The translations under genes were made by a program, and so were the position numbers. From Paramecium tetraurelia (lineage: Eukaryota): a DNA stretch of 64,000 nt. Where the stretch lies: assembly GCA_000165425.1 (NCBI GenBank), contig CT868119.1:186001-250000 (forward strand). Direction: 5' to 3'. Positions within the stretch are counted from its first letter, which is position 1. Every line of letters starts with the position of its first letter. Of the stretch, positions 27,274 through 38,809 are shown in pieces. Below the pieces are notes generated by a model. That model did no database searches and was not told the DNA's origin. It saw only the letters and a program-made list of their open reading frames with translations.

Positions 27274-27788
27274 AATAAAAAGATTTAAATATATTTAAAT
27301 TTATTCACAATTAAATAAATCTCTCTGTTCATATTTCTTATATGACTTGATTAACCATGCACTCGATTTTGTTTAAAAAAGCAATAGAACGCTAGCTAAA
27401 TTTTAAATAAGAATAATAGTCTCATTATTTTAAGATCCAACCTATAACTAATATGACACAAACATAGCAAAATAGATATTGCTTAAACGTATATTTATAA
27501 TAGTATCAGTTGGAATGATGAGTCAATTTACAACTGAATGATTTTGAAGAATAACTGTTGAATGCATTTTTTAAATACTATCCTATTGAATATAAATTGG
27601 ATGTAAAAAAGAATAACAAATTGTAAACTACTCTTTTATTTTATATGGTTGATGAAATCTGATGGTAATTCAACTTCTTAAATTATAATCAATAAATAAA
27701 TTAAAGAAAAGATGAAGCATAAAAATTATATATCAATCAATAAGCAAAAATAAATAATTTATTATGAGATTATTATTATATTAGTGGA

Positions 27789-28079
27789 ATGGAGAAGACA
27801 TAATTTAAAAATTAAAATAAAATAATTCTAGATATGAAGATACAAATATTATATGGTGATGTATTTAAGAATTTCCAATTCAAGAGTAAAAGAGAGTTTG
27901 TTTTGATACTTATGAAAGCGATTAGAAGTTAAAACTACAGAATAAATCCATTAGATAAGCATTTATTTGCACTTCTCAACTATTTAGGAGATACAATGAA
28001 ATTGATAGAAAAAATATAATTATATTGGCTTTGGGTAGTTTTAATTTTATTATACTATTAATAGATTGTAAAATTATGA
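27789..28079 (+). CDS. Small hypothetical protein
   Basis: Short code-6 ORF MEKTQFKNQNKIILDMKIQILYGDVFKNF..., convergent with the SNARE gene. Confidence 0.3.
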
Positions 28080-28089
28080 TTAAACACCA

Positions 28090-28853
28090 TCAATATATAA
28101 CAAGAAAAACAAAAATCATAAATTCTATAATGATGCTTGTCCATAAACAACAATCATTAGTGTATGACAATAAACTTTTAAGATTAGAATCAGTATCTTT
28201 GATTTCGTGAGTGGCTTGTTCAACCTAAGTTTAGTGTAGCATTTACATTTTCATTCAATCTCCTTAAGATGACTTTATCCTCCCCTAAAGCCAAGTTAAT
28301 ATTTTGAGCATTAAGTTACATTCTCCCAGTGGTATCTATCATTTTGTCTATGGTCTCATTTTGTTTAGAAACTAGCTATTTTTGCATCTAAACCATTTCG
28401 ACATTGGATTTGGAAGTAAAATCAGTTTAGGTATCAGGAGCATCCTATAATAAATATTAATAAATGGTTGAATCTATACTATTTTGAATACTTATTTGAT
28501 ATCCAAAGTTTTTCTTAATTTCTCAGAATTATTTTAAAATTCATCCAATAAGGTTTTAGATCTCTATATATCTTGTTGAGAACTAGTTGATTTACATAGA
28601 ATACAGATTTGGGGATTTATTTAATAAAACTCTAGCTTATTTAATAGAATCATTGATGCCATCAATTTGCATAGCCAGAAGTTTATCTAACTAAGAAGAT
28701 GTAGTTTGAAATTACCATTTGCACAGACTCGTTCTTTTATAATTTAAGGTTTCTATGATAAACAGCATTTGAGATGGTGGCATCCATTTTTCTTATCTAT
28801 TCAATAAAATCTTAGAGTTTTGATCCTCTATCTAGTGTAGTATAATAATTCAT
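28090..28853 (-). CDS. Qc-type SNARE (syntaxin-6/8-like) with C-terminal transmembrane anchor
   Basis: With four tiny introns removed: QKQLVSKQNETIDKMIDTTGRMQLNAQNINLALGEDKVILRRLNENVEQATHEIKDTDSNLKSLL, then CCLWTSIIIEFMIFVFLVIY-stop. Confidence 0.75.
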
Positions 28854-28918
28854 GAATATAAAATAATTTATTATAAATAGTAAATGCAATATATCACAAT
28901 AATTTTGTTTTTTGGTAA

Positions 28919-29577
28919 TCATCTGTTCTATTGACGAGTTTTAATGTGATGTTCTATTATTTGACCTTCTAATATTTATGATTGAGTATGCACAACACAG
29001 AGACGGAGATCACCATGAAAATACCCAGCAAAATACATAGAACAAGGGATATTTGATAAAAGGAAATAGTGTTATCGATGACTATGTTGTAAGTGGATGT
29101 TAATTGAATGATCCCCTCGTCATCATCATTTATCAAAATAAGAATCCAGAGAGATTATTGACTATCATTGATTTCATCATCAAAGTAAATGACTGAAATA
29201 GTGGAACAATTCTGTATGTAAACGTAGGGAGTGGTGAGTTTTGAAGTTGGGAGTGGTACAGTAGGACATGAGCTATTAGTTTATTAGAATCCGCATCTTT
29301 CAGTGTTCTAGGTTTTATTGGGGAATTGGAATTGTTGGATCAGACAAGGGTATTTAGAATCATTGTAGGGCAATAGAATGACTTAAAAGGACTTATTCTC
29401 AGTTGATGTTAAAGTTTAATTGACTTTTAGATTGCCTACTTTGAAGTTTTGTTTCTGATAATCCCCAATAACTTATCCTAATTGCAAATAGCTGTTTGGT
29501 TGAATAATTGGCTATTCGATTATTGTGGTTTGTTGTGAGTATGTCATGGCAATCGATATGAATAATATAATTATCAT
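28919..29577 (-). CDS. Hypothetical type I membrane protein
   Basis: Signal-like MIIILFISIAMTYS, Cys-containing ectodomain, C-terminal hydrophobic helix ISLVLCILLGIFMVISVSVLCIL; no intron. Confidence 0.7.
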
Positions 29578-29651
29578 GGATTAATATATATATTATTATA
29601 GAAGCCAGGAATATTAATAATGATATATAAAATATTTTTTTGTAAAAAAAA

Positions 29652-30719
29652 ATGAATCTAAAACCACCATCAGAAACTGGAAGTGTTGATGATATCAGTG
29701 ATAAAGAAAAGATAAATACTCTCAAAAAGGGAGTGATAGAATTAAGGGAAGAGAAATCTCAATTAATGAAGTATATTACAGAATTAACCCTCAAAAATAA
29801 TTGGCTTATTAAAGAGAAAGAAGGCACAGTATGATATTCATGTTTACGAACAGTAGGAATAGAAGTCTAATATTGGGGATGAATCTAAATAAATACCTAA
29901 ACTCAAACAGTAAATATTTTTAATATTGCAAGAGAATTAGCCTCTACCATTTAGAATTATGAAACTAGCTTTCTATTTTACAAACAGTTTATTAGGATAT
30001 GGGAAGAGAGTTGAAGTGCAAAGAGATTTAAAACTAGAAATTGATAAAAGGAAGCGTAAAAAATACAGCACTGAACAATCAACTCTAAAAGAATATCGAA
30101 GATATTGAGAGAGATTTATATAACAAAATAAAGGATTTAAAAGCAGAGAAGATAGAGATTCAATTGTAATTAAAGACTTTAGATAAGGAAATGCAATAGA
30201 GAGATGACGAATTGAGAGTAATACATAAGGGATTGGATGATTCGAGATTTACAGTGGCACAATTGTAAGGAGAACTTGAAGAATCAAGGGGCAAGTTTAT
30301 TTAATATAAACTCATTTTGCATAATCAATTATTGGATATTGAGTGTCTGTTTATTTTTAGACAAAATCTATTTAATGAGTACATATTCGAATTAGAAACC
30401 GCAGCTTAGAAATTCTAATATAAGGCTAGTGAAATTACAGACTTGAAGATTAAAGATGAATCCTCATTCACTTTGTCTATTAAATCAAGAAATAGAGAAG
30501 AAGTCTTCGTTATTATGCACAATCAGGATTTAAAGAGATCTGCAAATCTATTAAGTATATCTATTCACTATTATAGAAACTTTCTACTAAAAGCAAAAAA
30601 TATTAAATCAATTAGTAGCATACTCATCCATAAAGTCCAAAAAACAATGGGTTCTTGGGAGGACTGATGTCCATTTTTGGAAGTACTCAATTGAAGAATG
30701 GAATCAATACAAATATTGA
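29652..30719 (+). CDS. Hypothetical coiled-coil protein
   Basis: MNLKPPSETGSVDDISDKEKINTLKKGVIELREEK..., heptad-rich, with tiny introns. Confidence 0.65.
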
Positions 30720-30759
30720 AGCTAAACAAAAATGATATTTTTATAATCTAACATATTAT

Positions 30760-31418
30760 ATGAGCTAAGAAGATGAAAATAATGACATTGATGTTCAAGC
30801 TTTATTAGCCAGCATCAATGCTAATTTTGACAATGAGCAAATACTTAATGAGGCATAAAGCAATGCACAAGAAGTGCTTCAGGAAATTGATTAATCGTAA
30901 TAGGGTCCCAGTGAATCGATTGTTATTGTCAGAGACCAACCCATATAGAAAGAATAAGAAGAGGTAGACCCAGTGGTGGAAATATTGAATAGGGTTGAAA
31001 TATAAAATAGTCTCTTAACCAATCCAGAAATTAATTAGCATCAATTAGGTAAACTCTATATAAATTAAAAGAGACTGGTCCATTACAATAAATTATAGAA
31101 TCAATAAAGGACAAATTTGACAAGCAACAAGAAGTAATTGTTAAAAAACAGCGAAATATTTTTACTCAAATAATTGATATCAGAAATATATCGAATTAAT
31201 TAGTTAATGTTTAAATTAACTCTCATGGAGTGAGCAAAATGAAATTGAATGACTTTAAAAACAAGCAAAAAGAGATCGATTAGTTAGACATTTAAGTGTT
31301 TAAGACCAAAGGATACGTCTTATCTATAATTGAGAGATTGGAAATTATGGAGTAGAAATTAGATTACAAGATAGATTCATATGTTAAATAGAAAGTTCAA
31401 GAACTAGCAAAGAAATGA
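30760..31418 (+). CDS. Hypothetical coiled-coil protein
   Basis: MSQEDENNDIDVQALLASINANF... ending YVKQKVQELAKK-TGA. Confidence 0.6.
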
Positions 31419-31646
31419 GGATGATTAAATGACTTATATTCGCATATTTATATTGGAGAAATATATAATTAATTATAAAATCATTACTTTTTTTTATTAT
31501 AACTATCTGCCGTTGATTTCTTCATATGACTATCAATTCTAGTTATACTCATATTTCCATTGGGGCTGCATTGCATAATTTATTTTAATTTTGGATGATT
31601 GTATATTATTATATATTATTAAGATAATATTTAATTTTATATTAAA

Positions 31647-31862
31647 ATGTCTAAAGAGGGCAGTGCTTTATGGTCACCTTTTAAAACAACTAAGGAATTC
31701 ATTGAAAAAGATTAAAAGATTACAAAAGGATTCATTTAAGGGGCATTGTTTGCAGTTGCAGGTTATGGAGTGGGATTCTTGTTATTCAAAGGTAAGACAC
31801 TGAGAGGCTTTAGTGCTGGCACTGCAGCAACTTGGAGATTCAGAGATTAGATTGAATAATGA
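31647..31862 (+). CDS. Small membrane protein, MICOS Mic10-like (71 aa)
   Basis: GFIQGALFAVAGYGVGFLLFKGKTLRGFSAGTAATW: two Gly-rich hydrophobic segments joined by a short basic FKxK linker. Confidence 0.5.
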
Positions 31863-32215
31863 TTTAAATAATATATATATTATTAAGCTCAGCATTTGTT
31901 TTAGCATGTTCATCTAAACAATAAGAATGTGTGAATCAATTATATTCCTTTCAATTTGAAGTGTTTGGTAAGGTGTAAGGAGTCTATTTCAGAAAATATA
32001 CTTAACTCAAAGCATAAGAGTTGGATTTGGTTGGTTGGGTACAAAACACTAAGAAAGGCACAGTCATAGGAGTAGCTTAAGGAAGAAGAACTAATGAGTT
32101 GAAGGAGTGGTTAAAAAATACAGGAAGTCCTAACAGCATCATAAAGAAGACAGAATTCAAGAATGATAAAGTAATAGATGAATTAGAATATGATCAATTT
32201 GATATCATTAAATGA
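31859..32215 (+). CDS. Acylphosphatase with N-terminal signal-peptide-like extension
   Basis: FEVFGKVQGVYFRKYT..LVGWVQNTKKGTV..WLKNTGSPNS (catalytic Arg and Asn present). The only in-frame ATG is at 31859. Confidence 0.88.
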
Positions 32216-33020
32216 TATATATTAAGATAGAAGAAAGACTGAAAATAATTATATACACCATTAACATAAGTTATGCATATTCTTATGATGGAATAGATTA
32301 CTGAAATATTCTTACTCAAGATTAACAGTAGTTAAGTTAAATAATATAAACATATTCTATGATATTCCCTCCTAAACCTACAATGAATTTAATTATTATA
32401 TAAATCAATCTAGATTTTAATTGATAGGTATCTGAATGATGAATATTATTAGTCTATTTGTGTCAAGATATATTCAATTTATCAATTAAAATAAAGTACA
32501 AATTAAAATATATTTTATTCCCTCCTTTTTTAATAGATATCAGTTTTATTCAATGTGTATATCATAAAAACACAGAACTCGAATCAATTCAGATTAAATT
32601 ATACATTACTTTAATTATCAACTAGTTTTAGTAAATAACCAAAGGAATTCTCATCATATTAAAATACTTCTTTTTATTACAATAAAACAAAGAAACACCT
32701 AACAAACGAGAAATTCTGCCATCTCCATTTGGAATTATAAGTAAATGTTCAAAGTTATAGTCTTGTTAGTCTAGATCAAAATAATAATAAAAATGATCAA
32801 TGTTTCATTTGGTGCAATAAAAATTATTATTTATTTGCTTCTGCATTCTTTGATCAATTAGAATTACAGTGAGTATGCAGATTGTGAATTCTCCAGAGTT
32901 TCTATTAGTAATTTGGCTTAATTTAAATGAGAAATTAACATATAAAAATAATCAAAAAAAAACAAGCCATTATTTGACATTCCTTTCAAATATTACTAAA
33001 GCTATTCATTAATTATATTA

Positions 33021-34538
33021 ATGGACAATTCTGAGTTATATGAGATACAATATATATTCGGCTCTTAAATACTAGATAACAAAATGCAATACTGTGTCAA
33101 ATGGAAAAATTATCCTAAATCCCAAAGAACCTGGGAGCCTATTGAGAATCTTGGAGTTCACAACATATCCTCTGTTCGTAGATTCCAAAGACATGCAGAT
33201 TACTTTCTGTTTTATTAGTTCATCTATGAGGATTAGGTGGAAGGATATAGAGTGCATTAAAAATAAAATACACTTGAAAAAATTAAAGTCATACCAGATC
33301 CTTAAGAAGAGGAAGAACAAATAGAACAAGCCAATACAGACAAACTTAACACAACCCTCAAGGAGACAGTTAACAAACCAATCATTACCCCTAAGGAAAC
33401 TACCAAAAGGACTAATAGATCCAGTAGAAAGTAAACATATCAAAAGGAAGAATATGAGTCTCATTCCGATTCTAAAGATTCCGATTTTGGTAGAAGAGGC
33501 AAGAAATCCAGATCCAAGGCTAAATCTTCATAATCCAGAAGGAAATCTCCGACTTCTGCAGGAGATAAATCGAATTAAACCTAACCAAAGAAATCTCAGT
33601 TTGTAAAGTAAGAATAAGTAGAAACTGATGAGATCAATCCTGTTTAATAAAAATCCTAAGAAAGATAACCACTCCCAGACCAAGATAAATAAAATGAGGA
33701 CAATTTAAGTGAAAAGTCTAAGTCTCCTAAAGGACAATAAAAGGTTTAGACAAGACTACGAAATTTGAGGAATTAAAAATCTGTTGAATAGATTAAATCT
33801 CCTGCTTATTTCAATTCAGTTAGAAAATTGATTCAGTCACTTAATGAAGATGAGAGATCACTAGTTGCATCCTACATCAATGACAAAATGAAAGACAACA
33901 TCTTTGAAAATCTGGGAGCTTTGTGTATATTGGATTATATGTAAAGAAAAGACGAAGTATTACAGGAAATTAAATAACAAGAATATGTTTATCCTTAAAA
34001 AGGAGATCCAGATGCCTAATAGAATAAATAAAAGAAGAGGATTAAGAAATTAGAAAAGTCATCTATCAAAATGGAATCCCAGAGATCAACTGACATTGCT
34101 TGTCCTCCCATCTCTAAAAGACTCTTTAGATTGTCTGCCTTTGAATAGAAAAGGAAGTTAATCAAAAAGAAAGAAGATCCTTGTAATATGGCTGATTTCT
34201 TGGCTTCCATCAATCAATTCCCATAATTTGGAGTAGTGTTGACTGAGGTTGACACCAAAGAATAGTATGGATAAATTGGATTCTAAATGGGCGAAGAGAT
34301 AACTGGACATTATTATGGTATTAATGCTAATGAAGTTGGTAAGGCCAATATTTAATTGTATTTCATCATGAAATTCAGAAGAGAAGGGGATAAAACATTT
34401 CTATACAATCATGTCACTAAAGCTGAATGCTAACTCTATGAAAAAGACTTACTCTATGACTATGTCTACAAAAATCAAGACTTACTACCAGAGATGTATA
34501 ATGAACTTATTGTTAGAAGTGTTTATAATTAATAGTGA
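33021..34538 (+). CDS. HP1-like protein: N-terminal chromodomain, long basic hinge, C-terminal chromo-shadow-like domain
   Basis: [39 protein letters not shown] has an intact Y/W/Y aromatic cage; C-terminal [35 protein letters not shown]. Confidence 0.8.
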
Positions 34539-34567
34539 CAATTTTAATTTTATTTTTAGTTTTTCAT

Positions 34568-35436
34568 ATGTTATCCTATAAATCTTTATATGGAATTGCT
34601 AAATTCAACCAACTCAAAGACTACTATGCTATACTAAAAATCTCCAAAACCAATGATCAACCAACCATCAAGAAAGCATACTATGCATTAGCCAAGAAAT
34701 TTCACCCAGATGTTAACCAAGGCAAGGAAGATAAATTCAAAGAAGTTAATGAAGCCTATGAAGTATTCACTGCCTCTATTTTCAGATTTTGTCTGATGAA
34801 AACACAAAAAAGGAGTATGATGCTGCTAGAACACCTCAATCCTAAAATAGTCAAACCTATTAATAGCAATAATATTATGACTCTAAGAAATATTAATCTA
34901 CTTCTCAATAGAGATAAAATTAGAATTATACGTAAACTCATTGGGTGTATTTATTAGTCAAAATCAGTACACTAGAAATCAATTTGAAGAAAACATAAGA
35001 AGAGCATAAGAATACTTAAATTAACAATAACAGTCGGGAATCATTAAATGTAAGATGTTGAGTCAGTAATAGTATAGACAATATGAGAGAATGAGGGCTT
35101 AGTAGGAATATGAGGATAGGATCAGATAGGAAGAAATGTATGCTAGAGCAAAAGATTAATAATATAACGAGTTCTCATAAAGATATTACAATGAAAATAA
35201 AAGAAAAACCTTTTATTCATAGGAGGAAAAGGAAGCATATGATTCATTTGTTAGATAAAGAGAGTTCGAAGAATCCATAAAGGAAAAGATTGTATTTAAG
35301 CATCTATGTCTAGCAAGAATTTAAATAAAAAGGATATCAGGTTAGGGAGGGATTCCAAAATATCTCCAAGAACTTAGCCGATATCAAGGGTAATTTAGGT
35401 TCAATATGGAATACTATCAAAGGAAAAAATAGATGA
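34568..35436 (+). CDS. DnaJ-domain protein, possibly mitochondrial
   Basis: [39 protein letters not shown] (HPD motif). Confidence 0.9.
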
Positions 35437-35559
35437 AAACATAATTAATTATATTTATTATATATTTATTGCTACTATATTATTGCACTTATTCTGTATT
35501 AGTTCTGATGGTTTTCATAAATTAAAAAAGAATAAATTGTAAAATAAATTGAATTATTT

Positions 35560-36531
35560 ATGGATTATTAAGAATTGTACGATTTGAGGAAAAAACTTGT
35601 AGACTGGAAAAAGTTTCCTAAAGAAACTCTTTGTATATTGAAATCGTTAGAACAATCTCCACTCGAATGGGAGAATGTTAATAAATCAAAAATACAAAAA
35701 ACACTATAGGCTCTTACATTAATAGATGATAATAATGATCCTCTAGTCACCACAATTAAAGCCAAAGCGTCAGCATTATAAGATCGCTTCAAAAGACTCT
35801 CCTAGGCCAAAGCTATTTAAAGAACATCATAAGAATAATAGCAGTAAGCGATTGAAGAAATTAAGATCTAAAAGTAAAGCAGTGTTTAGAGCACATAAAG
35901 CAGTAGATCGTTACCTTGTAAGGATCTTTTTGAAAATCATCGAGTACCTTATCCAGCTTATGCGGATAGGCTCAAATATTTAAAGGGAATAAATCAAATG
36001 TTTATTGCGAACATTTTCACCTTTAAAAAGGACAATGTCCTAAATGATTCTGAATATTAGACTATCAAAGAATGTGTAGAAATGATGGAAAACACCATAT
36101 ACCATAAAAGAGCAAAGGATCACACTCCTAGAAAAGCATATGAATAAGATTTGAGAATTTTAGCGGGCTTTTTAAAGAAAGACAAAAATGGTTCTCTCAC
36201 TTACAGAATCTTTACCAAAGCTTTTGATCCTGTTTCGGCAGCTTAACTAAGGTATTTATAAAATAAAGAAATTAGAGCAGCAGATTGGGTTGATGACGAA
36301 ACTAAGCAAGAATAAGCAAGAATAATTAAGGAGAAAATGGAAGCAGAATAAATCGGATTTTATAAGGATTTAAGCAAAAGAGAAATGGAAGGAATTGAAG
36401 GAAAGACATGTAAGGGATGTGGTCAAAAAAAAGTATATCTTGTGGATGAAAAATAAACACGTGCATCAGATGAACCAACAACTAAATTTTTTGAATGTTA
36501 CAATTGTGGAGATAAATTTAGAATTTGTTGA
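35560..36531 (+). CDS. Transcription elongation factor TFIIS family
   Basis: C-terminal zinc ribbon CKGC..QTRASDEPTTKFFECYNC, plus N-terminal TFIIS-like helical domain; one intron. Confidence 0.9.
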
Positions 36532-36614
36532 TTATTAACAAACATTTTATTATAGCTTTCTTGAACAGAATTTAAATTATATCTATAATTTAACTCAAAT
36601 ACAAGTTAAACATA

Positions 36615-37466
36615 TCAATCACATTGTAACCACTGCTTTCTTTTCTCCACTTCTAGCACTCCTTTTGTTAAGTATAAAGATTAGATTTCTTCTTTAGTTT
36701 TTAGTTTCTGATCCTCTTCTGGCTTCCAATAAATAAAATAATTTCTATCTTCCAAGAATTATTTCAAATTATGAAAACTTCCTGAACATGCTTTGAGAAG
36801 TAAGATCATTTTCTCAAATGGTATGTCGTACCATATGCTCAAATCATGTAAAGCATTCTAAAATTATTCCTATTTCAACCTCTATGATTATTAATAGTTA
36901 GGATTCGTGGGAAACCTTTATTCTTAATACGTAGGATTAGCACTATATAAAATATGCTTTTATAGATCAGTTAGTTAATAATAGTTTTAAGGTTAAGGTT
37001 ATACTTCTGGCTAAATTCGAATCTTTTTCTTCAATTAAGGTTCCACAGAATGTTTGATTTCCTTTTTGGTTTAGGTAATATCCTTTTTATTTTTGATTTC
37101 CTCATTGATTTTACAAATTTGTAATCCTTTTTTGTCATAAAATAAAATTCCCTCCAAACCATTATTTTTAATAAATTCTATAATTTATTTTAAATCTTCT
37201 TCTGTTAATTTCTTAATGCAATTAATATATCTAAGTTTTAATTCATCAGGTGTCTTTTTATGGCACTTTAACGATAATTACTCAAAATGTTAATAAGTTA
37301 ATTTTTCATTTAACATTATTTCCAAAATCAACAGGTCTTCATATAATGAAAATTAACTTTATTCTAAATATTAAACTATAATATATTATTAACAAACATC
37401 AATACCAATTTTCTTTTCCTTTTCTTAAGTATGTTCTGAAATTTATTGTTTTATAAATTGTAGCAT
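36615..37466 (-). CDS. RAP1/TERF2IP-like protein (Myb-like domain plus RAP1 C-terminal domain)
   Basis: N-terminal FSLYEDLLILE..HKKTPDELKLRYINCIK; C-terminal LLLKACSGSFHNLKQFLEDRNYFIYWKPEEDQKLKTKEEIQSLYLTKGVLEVEKRKQWL. Confidence 0.7.
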
Positions 37467-37496
37467 TATAATTAAAACAAATTAATAATAATTTTA

Positions 37497-38525
37497 TCAT
37501 TTTTTATTTACTTTTGGTAAATACACATTTTGATATGAAAATGTTCTCGATTATTGATTTTGCCTCTATTGTCTTGATACAGGCCTTAGAAATACATCTA
37601 ACTATCGAATGATCTTTGGGTCCCTATCTATTTACCTTGTACAATCTAAAAAGGACTTTAACAATAATGATCCTCTGCTTTTAGTCTTATTTTCATCATT
37701 TATTTATGTGCTTATCATTTTGCTAGCATTTGATACTTCATCCATTTCTTTGATTTTCTCCATCGCTTTTCTCATGCCATCTTCAAAATCTATAATTTGA
37801 TTTTTGTTAAACTTGGACTTTTGAAACATAGGAGTTTACAACTATTATAAAAGAGTGCTCCCTTTTAATTCTTTATAAACCTGAGCCCTAAGTGGAGTTC
37901 TTTATTAAGAATTTGAAGAATTTGCGTAATTAATATTTTAGTATTCCGCATCATCCTCTAAAGGTAAGAGCCTTATGAAAGAGTATTGTTTAGTTTTCTA
38001 TCTTTAAATTTAAACTCTTTGTTTTGGAATGGGCACAGCATCTGGCATGGTTTTACAAATTTATTACACATTTGATTCAACCTTGCCGTCATATTTTTCA
38101 ATAAGTCTATGCAGCTTCTGAATGTCCCTTTTAGGTTATTCTAATGTAGGACTAATTAATGGCTATTCTGTTATGCTAATATTTTGCACTGTTTTCTTTG
38201 GTGTAATTAAATATAGTAAATTTCTAAGAGCCAATAATGATCAAATGTACTTTGTTATTTTTAATTCATGTGATTATGAAATATAGCTCTACTTAATTTT
38301 TTCGTGTTGAGCGATTAACTTAGGTACAAGCTTTGACTCAATTACTTAGCCTTATTGATACTCCTCCAATTATTTAATGATTCCTCCTCCACACTCTAAA
38401 CATTCACAACTTTTATTTCTTATTAAAATTGGAAAAGTATCAGTTTACTAAGATTATCGATAAGTATGTAATTTTTTCATTTATCTATTATCTTGTAGGA
38501 GATGGTTTAAGATTCTTTTTTGCAT
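37497..38525 (-). CDS. Hypothetical protein
   Basis: Code-6 ORF MQKRILNHLLQDNRQMKKLHTY..CECLECGGG..., with tiny introns. Confidence 0.6.
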
Positions 38526-38809
38526 TTAGTTATATAATATTCATTAAACTATGTTCACTAAGATACTTATTTTTTTGATCGAAATTGTTCTAATTTCACT
38601 CTGGTATGTATTATATGTTAAAATTTTATATCATTGTAATTCTTTAAAGTATATCTAAAGTTATTAGGGGCAATGTTTTTAGAAGTGGGCCCAAGATAAA
38701 AAATGAAAAGATTGAATCTTATTTTAAGGATTATAGTCTTCATTCTTATAGATAAATAATTTTATAATTCAATTTAATAATATTAAAATCAAGATATAAA
38801 TAATTTATT

